Assembly (NCBI GenBank): GCA_018606725.1
Contig: JAGYID010000029.1
Location: forward strand, 1 to 62,525
Direction: 5' to 3'
From: Acidobacteriota bacterium
GTDB lineage: Bacteria > Acidobacteriota > Polarisedimenticolia > Gp22-AA2
DNA: 62,525 nucleotides
Shown: piece after piece, positions 18,322 to 27,900 of the stretch
How positions within the stretch are numbered: the first letter of the stretch is position 1
Layout of the letters: each line of letters begins with the position of its first letter
Made by a program: the position numbers and the translations under genes
The notes under the pieces: model-generated
Told to the model about the DNA's origin: nothing
Database searches by the model: none
The model's input: the letters and a program-made list of their open reading frames with translations, nothing else

Positions 18322-18555
18322 TTTAGTGGCTCCGGGACTACTGTGTTCGCATGTCTTCAGATTCGTTTTGATTGAGTTCGACAACCAAAGCATGAGGAGG
18401 TGAGCGGGGGGGAAACACAAGAACAGCGGCCCGGCAAGACAGGGGGTACCCGACCCCATGCCGAAGTGAACCGCCGGCGCCGTAATCGGACTTGGACGTT
18501 TCACTCTTTCGCACAGGCGCAGTTGCAGTTCTCAACCCCACAGGGAGGTTCCCGA

Positions 18556-19878
18556 ATGAAGAAGTTCCTGTATCTGGCAGTCCTGGCGCTCGGCGTGGTG
18601 CTGCTGATGGCCCCGCCGGTGATGGCCCAGGAAGAGAAGCCGTTCACCATCCACGGCGAAGTACGGTTCCGGGGCGAGTACCAGAACAACGCCCAGGACC
18701 TGGACGACAACACGGACGACGGCGCGCTGTTCTGGCCGTATCGCGTCCGCATCGCCGCCGAGGGCCGCTTCACGAAGAACGTCACCGGCTGGATCGAGTT
18801 CCAGAACGGCGGCGTGGCCGGCGACACTCTTCCCTACCGAACCGGCGCGGGTGCTGACAGCGTCGAGCTCTACCAGGGGAACATCACGCTCGATCAGTTC
18901 ATCGGCAAGAACTTTAGCCTGAGAATCGGCCGCCAGGAGATCACTGCCGGCACCGAGCTGTTGCTCGGCGATCTCGACTTCTACCAGGGCCTGTCGCACG
19001 ACGGGCTCGTCGGCACCTGGCGCCTTAAGAAGGGCAGCATCACCGGCTGGTACACGAGGCCCTTCGAAAACAGCGTCGCCAGTGGCGGCTTCCTTCCACC
19101 CGACCAGGTCACGATCGGTTCCGCCGATAACACCACCCACTTCATGGGCGCCTATGCGACCTGGACAATTCTCAAGAATCAGTCGATCGACGTCTACCTG
19201 ATGGACACCATCGTGCGCCGCTCCGCCGCCGGGGCCTCGAGCGACGGCATCGACATCTACACGATCGGCGGCCGCTACGCGCGCGACATGTCTGGCAAGA
19301 CCGGCCTGTTCTGGAACGTCGAGTACGCCATCCAGAGCGGCAGCTTCGCGCAGGGTCCCGGCCCGGACGCCGATCTCTCCGGCAACGTCGGCGAGGGCTG
19401 GCTCGGCTGGAACATTCACAACAAGCAGAACAACCACCGCTTCTATGCCAAGCTGGCCATGGCGAGCGGCGATGACTCCACCACCGCAGACAACGAGGGG
19501 TTCCAGCCGTTGTTCGGCGATTTCCACAACCGCCTCGGCCGCGGTGACTGGTTCCAGCTCGCCGACAACACGACCGGCCTGGTGGGCGGCGTGTCGGGCG
19601 GCATCACCGCCCTATCGATCGGCTACACCGGCAACTACGGTGACAAACAGGAGTTCGGCGCGGCGCTCTGGCAGTACTCGCTCGACCAGGTTCCGTCGGG
19701 CGCCGACGACAATCTCGGATCCGCGATCGATGTCTGGTACGGCTACAACTACAGCCGCAATGTGGCCTTCCAGGCGTCTCTGTCGCAGCTGAGCCCGGGG
19801 GATGCCCTGACGGGCGGCGGCGGGGCTCCGGATGACGCCGTGACCCGTCTGTACGGTCAGGCTCGCCTGCGCTTCTAA
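18556..19878 (+). CDS. Outer-membrane beta-barrel, alginate export (AlgE)-like family
   Basis: Signal peptide MKKFLYLAVLALG, GEVRFRGEY, LRIGRQEI, alternating aromatic strands and a terminal Phe. SD GGGAGG. Confidence 0.82.
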   Translation: MKKFLYLAVLALGVVLLMAPPVMAQEEKPFTIHGEVRFRGEYQNNAQDLDDNTDDGALFWPYRVRIAAEGRFTKNVTGWIEFQNGGVAGDTLPYRTGAGADSVELYQGNITLDQFIGKNFSLRIGRQEITAGTELLLGDLDFYQGLSHDGLVGTWRLKKGSITGWYTRPFENSVASGGFLPPDQVTIGSADNTTHFMGAYATWTILKNQSIDVYLMDTIVRRSAAGASSDGIDIYTIGGRYARDMSGKTGLFWNVEYAIQSGSFAQGPGPDADLSGNVGEGWLGWNIHNKQNNHRFYAKLAMASGDDSTTADNEGFQPLFGDFHNRLGRGDWFQLADNTTGLVGGVSGGITALSIGYTGNYGDKQEFGAALWQYSLDQVPSGADDNLGSAIDVWYGYNYSRNVAFQASLSQLSPGDALTGGGGAPDDAVTRLYGQARLRF

Positions 19879-19904
19879 CCGAAGTCGAAGACAGCGCAAT
19901 ACCA

Positions 19905-19941
19905 GCCCCCGCGGGGTTCACCCCCGCGGGGGTTTTTCTTT
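19905..19941 (+). terminator. Intrinsic terminator
   Basis: CCCCCGCGGGG-TTCAC-CCCCGCGGGGG followed by TTTTTCTTT. Confidence 0.85.
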
Positions 19942-19968
19942 GCCCTTCGCGTTTTTCGGAAGAGTCGG

Positions 19969-21309
19969 TCAGGCCGGGCGCGCGACCAGATCGTCGAGCT
20001 GCGTCCAGAATTGCGGGAACGACTTGCTGACGCAGGCGGGGTTGCGGATGACGACCCCGGGGACGCGCAGGCCGGCGACGGCGAGCGCCATCGCCATCCG
20101 GTGATCGTTGTAAGTTTCGATTGAAGCGCCCCGCAGGGGCCGGGGATGGATGCTGAGGCCGTCCGGCTCCGCCGTGGCGTCGCCGCCGAGTCGGTTGATC
20201 TCGGCGACCAGCGCGGCGATCCGGTCGGTCTCCTTGATCCGCAGATGCGGGACGCCGGTGATGCGCGTCGTCCCGGCCGCGAAACAGGCGACGACCGCCA
20301 GCGTCGGGACGATGTCCGGCATGGCCCCGCAGTCGGCCTCCAGCCCGCGCAGGCGGCTGCCCCCCTCCACGGTGACGCTGTCGCTCCCCTTCTCCACCCG
20401 GCAGCCGATCGCCTCGAGCAGCGTGACGAAACGCGCATCCCCCTGGGCCGACTTCGGGTCGAGACCGTCGACCCGCACCCGCCCGCCGGTCACCGCCGCA
20501 GCGGCGAAGAAATACGACGCCGAAGAGTAGTCCCCCTCGATCGCCAGATCCCGGGGTGCATACGCCCGTCCGGGGGTCACCGCGAAGGCGCGCGCCTGCG
20601 GCCCCGGCGGCGACGCCTGGACCTCGGCGCCGAAGCGGCGCATGACGTCGATCGTCAGGTCGACGTACGGCCGCGACACCAGGTCGCCCTCGATCTCGAC
20701 GCGGACGGCGCCGCCGGCCGCCGGGGCGGCGAGCAGGATCGCCGACAGGTACTGGCTGCTCTTGTCGCCGCGCAGACGGGCCGACCCGCCCCGCAATCCA
20801 CCGCCGACGCGGACCGGCGGGCAGCCGTTCCCGTTCACCGCCTCGGCCCGCCCCCCGAGGGCCCGCAATGCCACGAGCAGGTCCTCGATCGGTCGCTGCC
20901 GCATCCGCGCATCGCCATCGAGAATGTAATCGCCACGCCCCAGCGCCAGGAGCGCCGTCAGGAACCGCATCGCCGTGCCGGCGTTGCCCACGGCGATCGC
21001 GCCGCCGGTCGCCGGGATCTCCCCGCCGCGTCCCTCAACGGTCACGACCGGCGCCGCAGCGGACGACCGGGCCGGGTCGGAGGACCTGGCCGCACTCGCC
21101 CCCCCGACCTTGGCGGCGATGCCGACCAGGTTGAGCCCGCCGATCAGGTGCAGCGGATCGTCGGAGAGCAGCGGATTCCTCAGGGTCGAGCGGCCCGGAG
21201 CCAGTGCCGCCGCGATCAGGGCGCGCTGAGTCACACTTTTGGAAGGGGGGGCGGTCACCCGGCCGCGGATCGGGCCGCTCACGGCAATGGGACGGTCGGC
21301 GCTCGTCAC
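19969..21309 (-). CDS. aroA: 3-phosphoshikimate 1-carboxyvinyltransferase (EPSP synthase)
   Basis: PPSKSVTQR, GNAGTAMRF, SSQYLSA, EGDYSSASYF, LRIKETDRI, DHRMAM and KSFP. Start trimmed to GTG 21309. Confidence 0.96.
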   Translation of the reverse strand: MTSADRPIAVSGPIRGRVTAPPSKSVTQRALIAAALAPGRSTLRNPLLSDDPLHLIGGLNLVGIAAKVGGASAARSSDPARSSAAAPVVTVEGRGGEIPATGGAIAVGNAGTAMRFLTALLALGRGDYILDGDARMRQRPIEDLLVALRALGGRAEAVNGNGCPPVRVGGGLRGGSARLRGDKSSQYLSAILLAAPAAGGAVRVEIEGDLVSRPYVDLTIDVMRRFGAEVQASPPGPQARAFAVTPGRAYAPRDLAIEGDYSSASYFFAAAAVTGGRVRVDGLDPKSAQGDARFVTLLEAIGCRVEKGSDSVTVEGGSRLRGLEADCGAMPDIVPTLAVVACFAAGTTRITGVPHLRIKETDRIAALVAEINRLGGDATAEPDGLSIHPRPLRGASIETYNDHRMAMALAVAGLRVPGVVIRNPACVSKSFPQFWTQLDDLVARPA

Positions 21310-21437
21310 TCGAACCTCGCACGCCGATCCTATACGAGGTGACGCCGCGGGAAGAACAATCCGATCTTGACGGCGCGGGCGGGCGTCTCTATCTTCTGCA
21401 CCCCGACGTTTCGGGCCCTTGCGGGAGTCGTCATCTC

Positions 21438-22847
21438 TTGATCCTCCGCCGCACGCGCTTCTTCGGCACGGCAATCGTCGTGTTCCTGGCCGCGTTCGTC
21501 CTCGGCCTCGGCAACTTGCTGACCGAGGGACCGTCGCCGCGCGGGTCCGTCCGCGCGACCCCGGAGATCCCCGCCGAGCCGCAGCGGAGCGGCGACGACG
21601 GCGGCTTCTCGATCCTGCTGGTGCAACCGGGCCAGCCGTACCTCCTCGGCCGGCAGCCGATCCGGATCGAGCCGACGCTGCCGTCGGGCGACCGCATTCA
21701 GCAAGTCGACTTCTTCGTCGACGGCCGATTGCTGCTGACCGACCGCAAGCCGCCCTACGGCACCGAATTCGACTTCGGCGAGGAGCTCAGGCGCCACACC
21801 ATCGTCGTGCGGGCCCTGACCGCGGGGGGCCGGCGCGCCAACGTGTCGTTCCTGTCGCGCTCCGGCGACGTCGCCGACCGCGCCGCCGGACCGATCGTCG
21901 TCGTGCCGGCGGTGGTGCGCGACACCGACGGCCGGCCGGTGAAGGACCTGTCGGTGAGCGACTTCACCCTGCTGGAAGGCGGCGTGCGGCAGCCGATCGT
22001 GCATTTCGAGAGCGCCCCGGCGCCGGTGTCGATCGCCGTGGCGGTGCAGTCGCTATCGCGCGACGCGGCGGCCCGCTCGGCGCTGCTGCGGGGCACGGTG
22101 GCGTTCGTCGAGTCGCTGCCCGCCTACGACTCGCTCGGCCTGTTTGACGCGGTCTCCGATCCTTCCGGCAGGGCGGTGGGGGCGCTCCGCGTCGCGCCGG
22201 CGACCGGCAGGACGACCGGCGCCGCCGCGGCGCCCTCCCCGGGCGACGCCGCGACGCGCGCGGCATCGGCATTCTCGTATGACCACCGACGCTTCCTCGA
22301 GCGCCTCAGCGACGCCGGGTCCGGAGCGCCGCCGCCCCACGCCTCGCTGCCGGAGGCGCTCCTCGCTGCGGGCGCGGCGCTGCGGGCGCGGCCGGTCGGG
22401 CGCGTCGTGCTGGCGGTCGTGGCCATCGATCCGGAGCCGCTCGGACCGCCGGCGCCGCCGGAGCTGTCCGGCGCGTCCGGCTCGGCGTCCACCCAACGCA
22501 GCGGCCCCGATAACGACGCCGCCCGGCCCCTGACCCTGGAAAACGCCCTCGAAGAGATGCGCAAGGCGGGCGCCACGCTCTACGTCATCGTGCTCGGCAA
22601 CCCCGAGGCGGCGCCGGCGCGGGCTCTGAGCCAGGCCGCCGAGGACAGCGGCGGGGAATTCCAGGTCGCCGCGACGGACGGCGACCTTGCCGATGCCTGC
22701 CAGCGGACCGCCGACCTGCTGCTGCACCGCTACCTGCTTTCCTACGCCCCGGCGAACACCGACCGCAAGGGGTGGCGCGGGCTGGAAGTGCGCGTCAGTC
22801 GCGCCGACCTCGAGGTGCGGGCGCGCAGGGACACCTACGCTGAGTAA
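21438..22847 (+). CDS. Membrane-anchored protein with an Ig-like domain and a degenerate Acidobacterial-type VWA domain
   Basis: TM segment, VDFFVDGR Ig-like domain, VRDTDGRPVKDLSVSDFTLLEGGVRQPI and YLLSY...WRGLEVRV...RDTY. Promoter TTGACG-17-TATCTT at 21367-21395. Confidence 0.75.
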   Translation: MILRRTRFFGTAIVVFLAAFVLGLGNLLTEGPSPRGSVRATPEIPAEPQRSGDDGGFSILLVQPGQPYLLGRQPIRIEPTLPSGDRIQQVDFFVDGRLLLTDRKPPYGTEFDFGEELRRHTIVVRALTAGGRRANVSFLSRSGDVADRAAGPIVVVPAVVRDTDGRPVKDLSVSDFTLLEGGVRQPIVHFESAPAPVSIAVAVQSLSRDAAARSALLRGTVAFVESLPAYDSLGLFDAVSDPSGRAVGALRVAPATGRTTGAAAAPSPGDAATRAASAFSYDHRRFLERLSDAGSGAPPPHASLPEALLAAGAALRARPVGRVVLAVVAIDPEPLGPPAPPELSGASGSASTQRSGPDNDAARPLTLENALEEMRKAGATLYVIVLGNPEAAPARALSQAAEDSGGEFQVAATDGDLADACQRTADLLLHRYLLSYAPANTDRKGWRGLEVRVSRADLEVRARRDTYAE

Positions 22848-23397
22848 CTGGTGGCGGGCGCCGCTGGTGGCCCTGTGCGCCTTCTGGACGGCGCGCCTCG
22901 TGTTCGACGGGGCCGGGTGGTGTTTCCTCGACAACGTCAATGTCGTCTTCCACGAGGCGGGTCACCCGATATTCTCGATTCTCGGCGAGACGATGATGGT
23001 GCTGGGCGGCACTCTGGGGCAGTTGCTGGTGCCGTCCCTGCTGTGCGGATATTTTCTGGGCAGAGGCGGCAACCGTGGCGACAATCGCTTCGCGGCGGCG
23101 CTGTGCGCCTTCTGGTTTGGCGAGAACTTCCTGAACGTCGCCCGCTACATGGCGGACGCGCGCGATCTCGCCCTGCCGCTCATCGGCGGCGGTGACGAGC
23201 ACGACTGGAACCGCCTGTTCTACCAGTTCGGTCTGCTGGGCGAGTCGAGCGTCCGGGCGGTGTCCGGGGCGACGCGCGCTTTCGGAGCGGCGGTGATGCT
23301 CGCGGCGCTCGCCTGGTCGGTCGCCTTCCTGCTGCCGGAGAACCGCCGCGGTCGTCTGGCGGCCCGGATGCCGGCGCTCAGGTTCCTGCTGGGGTAG
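22840..23397 (+). CDS. Integral membrane protein with an HExxH motif (zinc-metalloprotease-like)
   Basis: FHEAGH, GGTLGQ, YMADA and HDW, with several TM helices. Start uncertain (CTG 22840 or GTG 22867). Confidence 0.72.
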   Translation: MSNWWRAPLVALCAFWTARLVFDGAGWCFLDNVNVVFHEAGHPIFSILGETMMVLGGTLGQLLVPSLLCGYFLGRGGNRGDNRFAAALCAFWFGENFLNVARYMADARDLALPLIGGGDEHDWNRLFYQFGLLGESSVRAVSGATRAFGAAVMLAALAWSVAFLLPENRRGRLAARMPALRFLLG

Positions 23398-23430
23398 CCG
23401 CTCGGCTGGCCGGCTGCGCGACGGGAGGAG

Positions 23431-23664
23431 CTATTTGGTGCCGCCCGCGGCTCCTTCGCCGGTCGCGTCCTGGCCCTCCCGGCGGCGTGCGACGACCGTG
23501 CCGGCCGGCTGCTCCCCGCCGGTCCAGTTGATGGCGCGGCACTCGGCCAGGAGCTCACAGCGCACGCACTCCTTCATCTTCCGGAGGCTGGCGATGACGG
23601 TCCCGAAGCAGTCTTTGGTGATCCGCGGCAAGGAACTCTCCGACGGGCGTTGCGGCAGCGGCAT
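23431..23664 (-). CDS. Small four-Cys protein, putative metal-binding, probably leaderless
   Basis: C-x13-CxxC-x5-C (DCFG...ECVRCELLAEC). TTGACA-16-TAGATT ends 6 nt before the ATG. Confidence 0.6.
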   Translation of the reverse strand: MPLPQRPSESSLPRITKDCFGTVIASLRKMKECVRCELLAECRAINWTGGEQPAGTVVARRREGQDATGEGAAGGTK

Positions 23665-23748
23665 GCGGATAATCTATTGACTGCGCAGCGCTTGTCAACC
23701 TGATGCAGAATTGAAAACCCCTCTCCCCTGCTCTATACTCGCGCCGCG

Positions 23749-24198
23749 ATGACCTTCCCGTACCGGATCTCCTGCATCGCCCTGGCGTGCGTCCTCCTGG
23801 CGGCGGCGCGTCCGCCGACCCCGAAAGAGCAGATGCGCTTCGGCGTGGAAGCGGCTCAACAGGGGCTGTGGCGCGAGGCGATCTTCCGCTGGGAGAGGCT
23901 GGTCAAGACCCAGCCCGACAACCCCCGGCTGCGCAACAACCTGGCGGTGGCCTACGAGAGCATCGGCGACGTCGACAGCGCGCGCCGGTCGTATCGCGAG
24001 GCCCTGCGGCTCAATCCGGCCAGCAAGGAGATCCGCGACAATTACAATTCCTTCCTGGATCTCTGCAAGTCGTTCCGGCAGTGTGGCGACGGCGACGCGG
24101 CCCCCAGCGCCGGAGGCGCCGGCGCGGCGGCCACGCCGGACGCGCCACCCGCCGGCGCGCCCACCCCGGAGGCGACGCCGACCGATGCCGCGCCCTGA
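23749..24198 (+). CDS. Exported TPR protein
   Basis: Signal peptide and a TPR (GLWREAIFRW...NNLAVAYE...YREALRLNP). Promoter TTGAAA-17-TATACT at 23711-23739. Confidence 0.85.
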   Translation: MTFPYRISCIALACVLLAAARPPTPKEQMRFGVEAAQQGLWREAIFRWERLVKTQPDNPRLRNNLAVAYESIGDVDSARRSYREALRLNPASKEIRDNYNSFLDLCKSFRQCGDGDAAPSAGGAGAAATPDAPPAGAPTPEATPTDAAP

Positions 24199-24886
24199 CG
24201 TCCGTTCCCGACGCTGCGCCGCGCTGGCGGCGCTGGCGCTGGCGGTGTTCCCGCTGACCACGCCGGCGCGCGCCGCCGATGTCACCCGGGTCACGGTCGC
24301 GGCCCCGCTCCCCGCCCGCCTCGACATGTCGGGCATGCGCCGCGTCCTGGTCACCCGCTTCCTCGTCGACCACGACGTTCCCGAGTTCGATCTCAACAAG
24401 GACTTGATCGCTCTGCTGCGCCGCGAGCTGCGCAAGCGGACCGACCTCGAAATCCTCGAAATCGACCCGCCGCCGCTGCCGGAGCAGCCGTTCGCCGATC
24501 TGCTGACGAACACCGGCTTCTGGCGCCGGATGGCGGAGACCACCGGCGCCGATCTCATCATCTCGGGGCGGACGTCGTTCGTCGTAAGCGACCGCTCCGG
24601 CTTCGTACAGGTGGACGAGATCTCCCCCCTCACCGGGCAGCGCATCCGGCGCACCAGGTTCGTGGATCGGGAGGGATTCGACCTCGATCTCAACCTGTTC
24701 TTCATCCGGGGCAGCACCGGCCTGATCCTGTACGAGGACCATTTCACCGCCGCCAAGACCGAGGTCGGGCGCGGCAGCGATCGACTGACCGTCATGTACA
24801 GCCTGTTCGAGCAGTTCGAGGACGAAGTCGTCGGCATCCTGGCACCGCGCGTCAAGACCGTGCAGCGACTGCTGTTCACCGAGTAA
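24185..24886 (+). CDS. Exported hypothetical protein, possibly a TolB-N/CsgG-like alpha/beta fold
   Basis: Signal peptide and an ADLIISG pattern. Overlaps the upstream gene. Confidence 0.7.
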   Translation: MPRPDVRSRRCAALAALALAVFPLTTPARAADVTRVTVAAPLPARLDMSGMRRVLVTRFLVDHDVPEFDLNKDLIALLRRELRKRTDLEILEIDPPPLPEQPFADLLTNTGFWRRMAETTGADLIISGRTSFVVSDRSGFVQVDEISPLTGQRIRRTRFVDREGFDLDLNLFFIRGSTGLILYEDHFTAAKTEVGRGSDRLTVMYSLFEQFEDEVVGILAPRVKTVQRLLFTE

Positions 24887-24924
24887 GATCCCGGAGCCGC
24901 GTCACCCCGGGGAGCGACCCGACC

Positions 24925-27900
24925 GTGAGGAGCCGCCCGATCCGCCATCGATCCCGCCGCATCGCCCCCGCCGCCGTCCTCCTGGCGGCGCTCGCGGCGC
25001 TGTGCGCGCCCGCGCCGGCCTTCGCCTTCGGCAAGAACAAGATCGTCTACGAGAAATTCGACTGGAAGTATTACAAGGCGCCGCACTTCGACGTCTATTA
25101 CTACCCGGAGGAGGCGGCGCTCCTGCAGCAGATGGTGTCCAACGCCGAGAGCCAGTACGCGCGCCTGTCGCAGATCCTCGACCACGAGATCAAGTTCCGC
25201 ATCCCGCTCATCTACTACAAGACGCACGTCGAGTTCGAGCAGACCAACATCCTCCTGGAGTTCATCCCGGAGTTCGTCGGCGCCTTCGCCGACCCGATCG
25301 AGCACCGCATGGTCATCCCGGCGGACCAACCGCCCGACAAGCTTTACACCCTCATCGGCCACGAGCTGACGCACGTCTTCGAGTTCAGCATCCTGTTCCA
25401 GGAATCGCTGTCGCGCGCCTTCCGCTCCACGGTGCCGCAGTGGGTGATGGAAGGGCTGGCGAGCCACCTCGGCAAGGACGAGGACTCGCTCGACCGGATG
25501 ATCATCCGCGACGCCGTCGTCAACGGCCTGATCCCGCCGATGCACCGCGTGCAGAACATCAATTTCCTGATCTACCGCTTCGGCCAGGCGGCTTTCGACT
25601 TCATCGAGCAATCGTACGGCGTCGAGGGGGTGCGGAACTTCCTGTGGGAGTTCCGCAAGAGCCTGCTGGCCAACAACATCTCCAAGCCGATCCGCGACGC
25701 CTTCGGCATCGAGCCCGACGAGTTCGACCGGCAATTCAAGAAATACCTGCAGCGCCGCTACCTGCCGGCCCTGCTCGACAAGAAGGAGGCCGAGGACTAC
25801 GGCAAGGAGATCACCGCGCGCGACAAGCGCGACGTCGACCTGGACCGCGAGTGGGTGACCTTTTCGCCGGCGCTGTCGCCGTCCGGCGAGCTGATCGCGG
25901 CGATGACCAGCCGCTACCAGGATCTCGACGTCGTCCTGATCTCGGCCAAGGACGGCAAGATCTTCCGCAATCTCACGAAGGGGTTCACCAACAAGTACGA
26001 GTACCCGGTGTACGGCGCCTTCTCGGGCAAGAAAGACCTGACCTGGTCCCCGGAAGGCGACCGGGTGGCGTTCTTCGGCCGCCGCGAGAACGAGCGCGCG
26101 CTGCTGATCTACGACGCCCTGCACGGCGACCTCGACAAGATGATCAGCATCCCCGAGGTCGACGACGAGCTGTCGCCGGCCTGGAGCCCCGACGGCAGCA
26201 AGATCGCCTTCGAGGGGAACAGCGCCGGCCAGGTCGACATCTTCACCATCGATCTCGAGACCCGCAAGGTCGCCAACCTGACGCAGGACGAGTTCTACGA
26301 CGCCAACCCGGCCTGGTCGGCGGACGGCGCCCAGATCCTCTACAACCGTCGCATCAACTCCTCCGCCAAGGTGTTCCTGCTCGACGTCGACGACCCGTCG
26401 CGCAAGGTGCAGCTGACCTTCGGCGACAGCCTGGACCTGCAGCCGGCGTTCGCTCGCGACGGCAAGACGGTCTACTACGCCTCGGACGCCGACGGAGGCA
26501 TCTTCAACCTGTATGACCTCAGCCTGGAGAACGGCGAGATCCGGCGCTTCACCGACGTCGTCGGCGGCGTGTTCACGCCTTTCGAGCTGCCGGGCGAGGG
26601 GGGCAAGCCGTCCATCGCCTTCACCTATTACGGCCGCGGCCTGTTCCGGCTGTTCCGCATGACGCCGGGCCAGCCGGAGAGCATCGTCCGGCCGGAGGAC
26701 CAGGCGAAAGAGCCGGCGGAGCTGGTGCCGTTCCAGGCGCCCCTGCAGCTGACGCTGGACGACAAGAACCACAAGAACTACGACAAGCTGACGTTCCACA
26801 TCGAGAGCAGCCCGTCGGTCCTGGTCGGCGTCGCCGACGACGGCACCATCCTGAGCAACGCCAGCATCGCCCTCTCGGACCTGCTCGGCGATCACCGGAT
26901 GTTCTTCAACTTCCAGTCGGTGTCGACCTACTCCAACTTCAGCTTCGATTACCTGAACCTGAAGCGCCGCTGGCAGTGGAACACCTACGCCCTCGACTTC
27001 CGCGACTACTACGTGACGCTCTCCGGGAACAGCCTGCAGACGCGCCAGGCGAACCGCTACACCAGCGCCGGCGTCGGCATCGCCTACCCGATCAACCGCT
27101 ATTACCGGATCGGCACCGGGATCGGATACCTCAACCAGACCACCGATCGACCGGTGGATGCGTTTACCTTCGAGAACTTTTCCACGTCGGGCGCCGTGTT
27201 GAACTGGAGCTTGAGCGGCGATACGACCCGCTACAAGGAATTCGGTCCGTACCACGGCCAGCGCTACGAGCTCCGGCAGATCTGGGTCCCGATGGTCCGC
27301 TCCTCCGGCTTCGCGAGCGATTATTCGGGGACCCATTTCGACACCCTGCTCGATTACCGGATGTACCGGCGCACCACTTCGCGGTCCCTGTTCGCGCTCC
27401 GCGCCGTGGCGCGCACCAGCACCGGCGATGGCTACAGCATCTACTCGTTCGGGGGACTGAACACCCTGCGCGGGTACGACTACCGGGAGTTCTTCGGCAG
27501 CAGCGTCTCGTTCGTGAACCTGGAATTCCGCTTTCCGCTGGTGGACGCCCTCGCCTTCCCGATCGGCATCATCCGCGACATCCGCGGCTTTCTCTTCTTC
27601 GATGTCGGCGCCGCATGGTTCGGCGGCGACAACTTCTATCATCCGCGGCTCGGCTTCGCCATCGCCCCGGTCAGCAACGGGCAGGTCCTGCCGGGGTTCT
27701 GCTTCAACTGCGGCCCGGGCGAGCAGGCGATCACCCGGACCTTCGATTTCTGGGATTCCAAGAACAACAAGCTCGGTGACGGACGGGCGGCCTACGGCTT
27801 CGGCTTCAACTTCTACTTCGGGCCGTTCATGCTCACCTGGTCCTACGCCCACCAGTTCGAAAACACACTCGAGGTGTGCGACATCTCGACACCCGACTGC

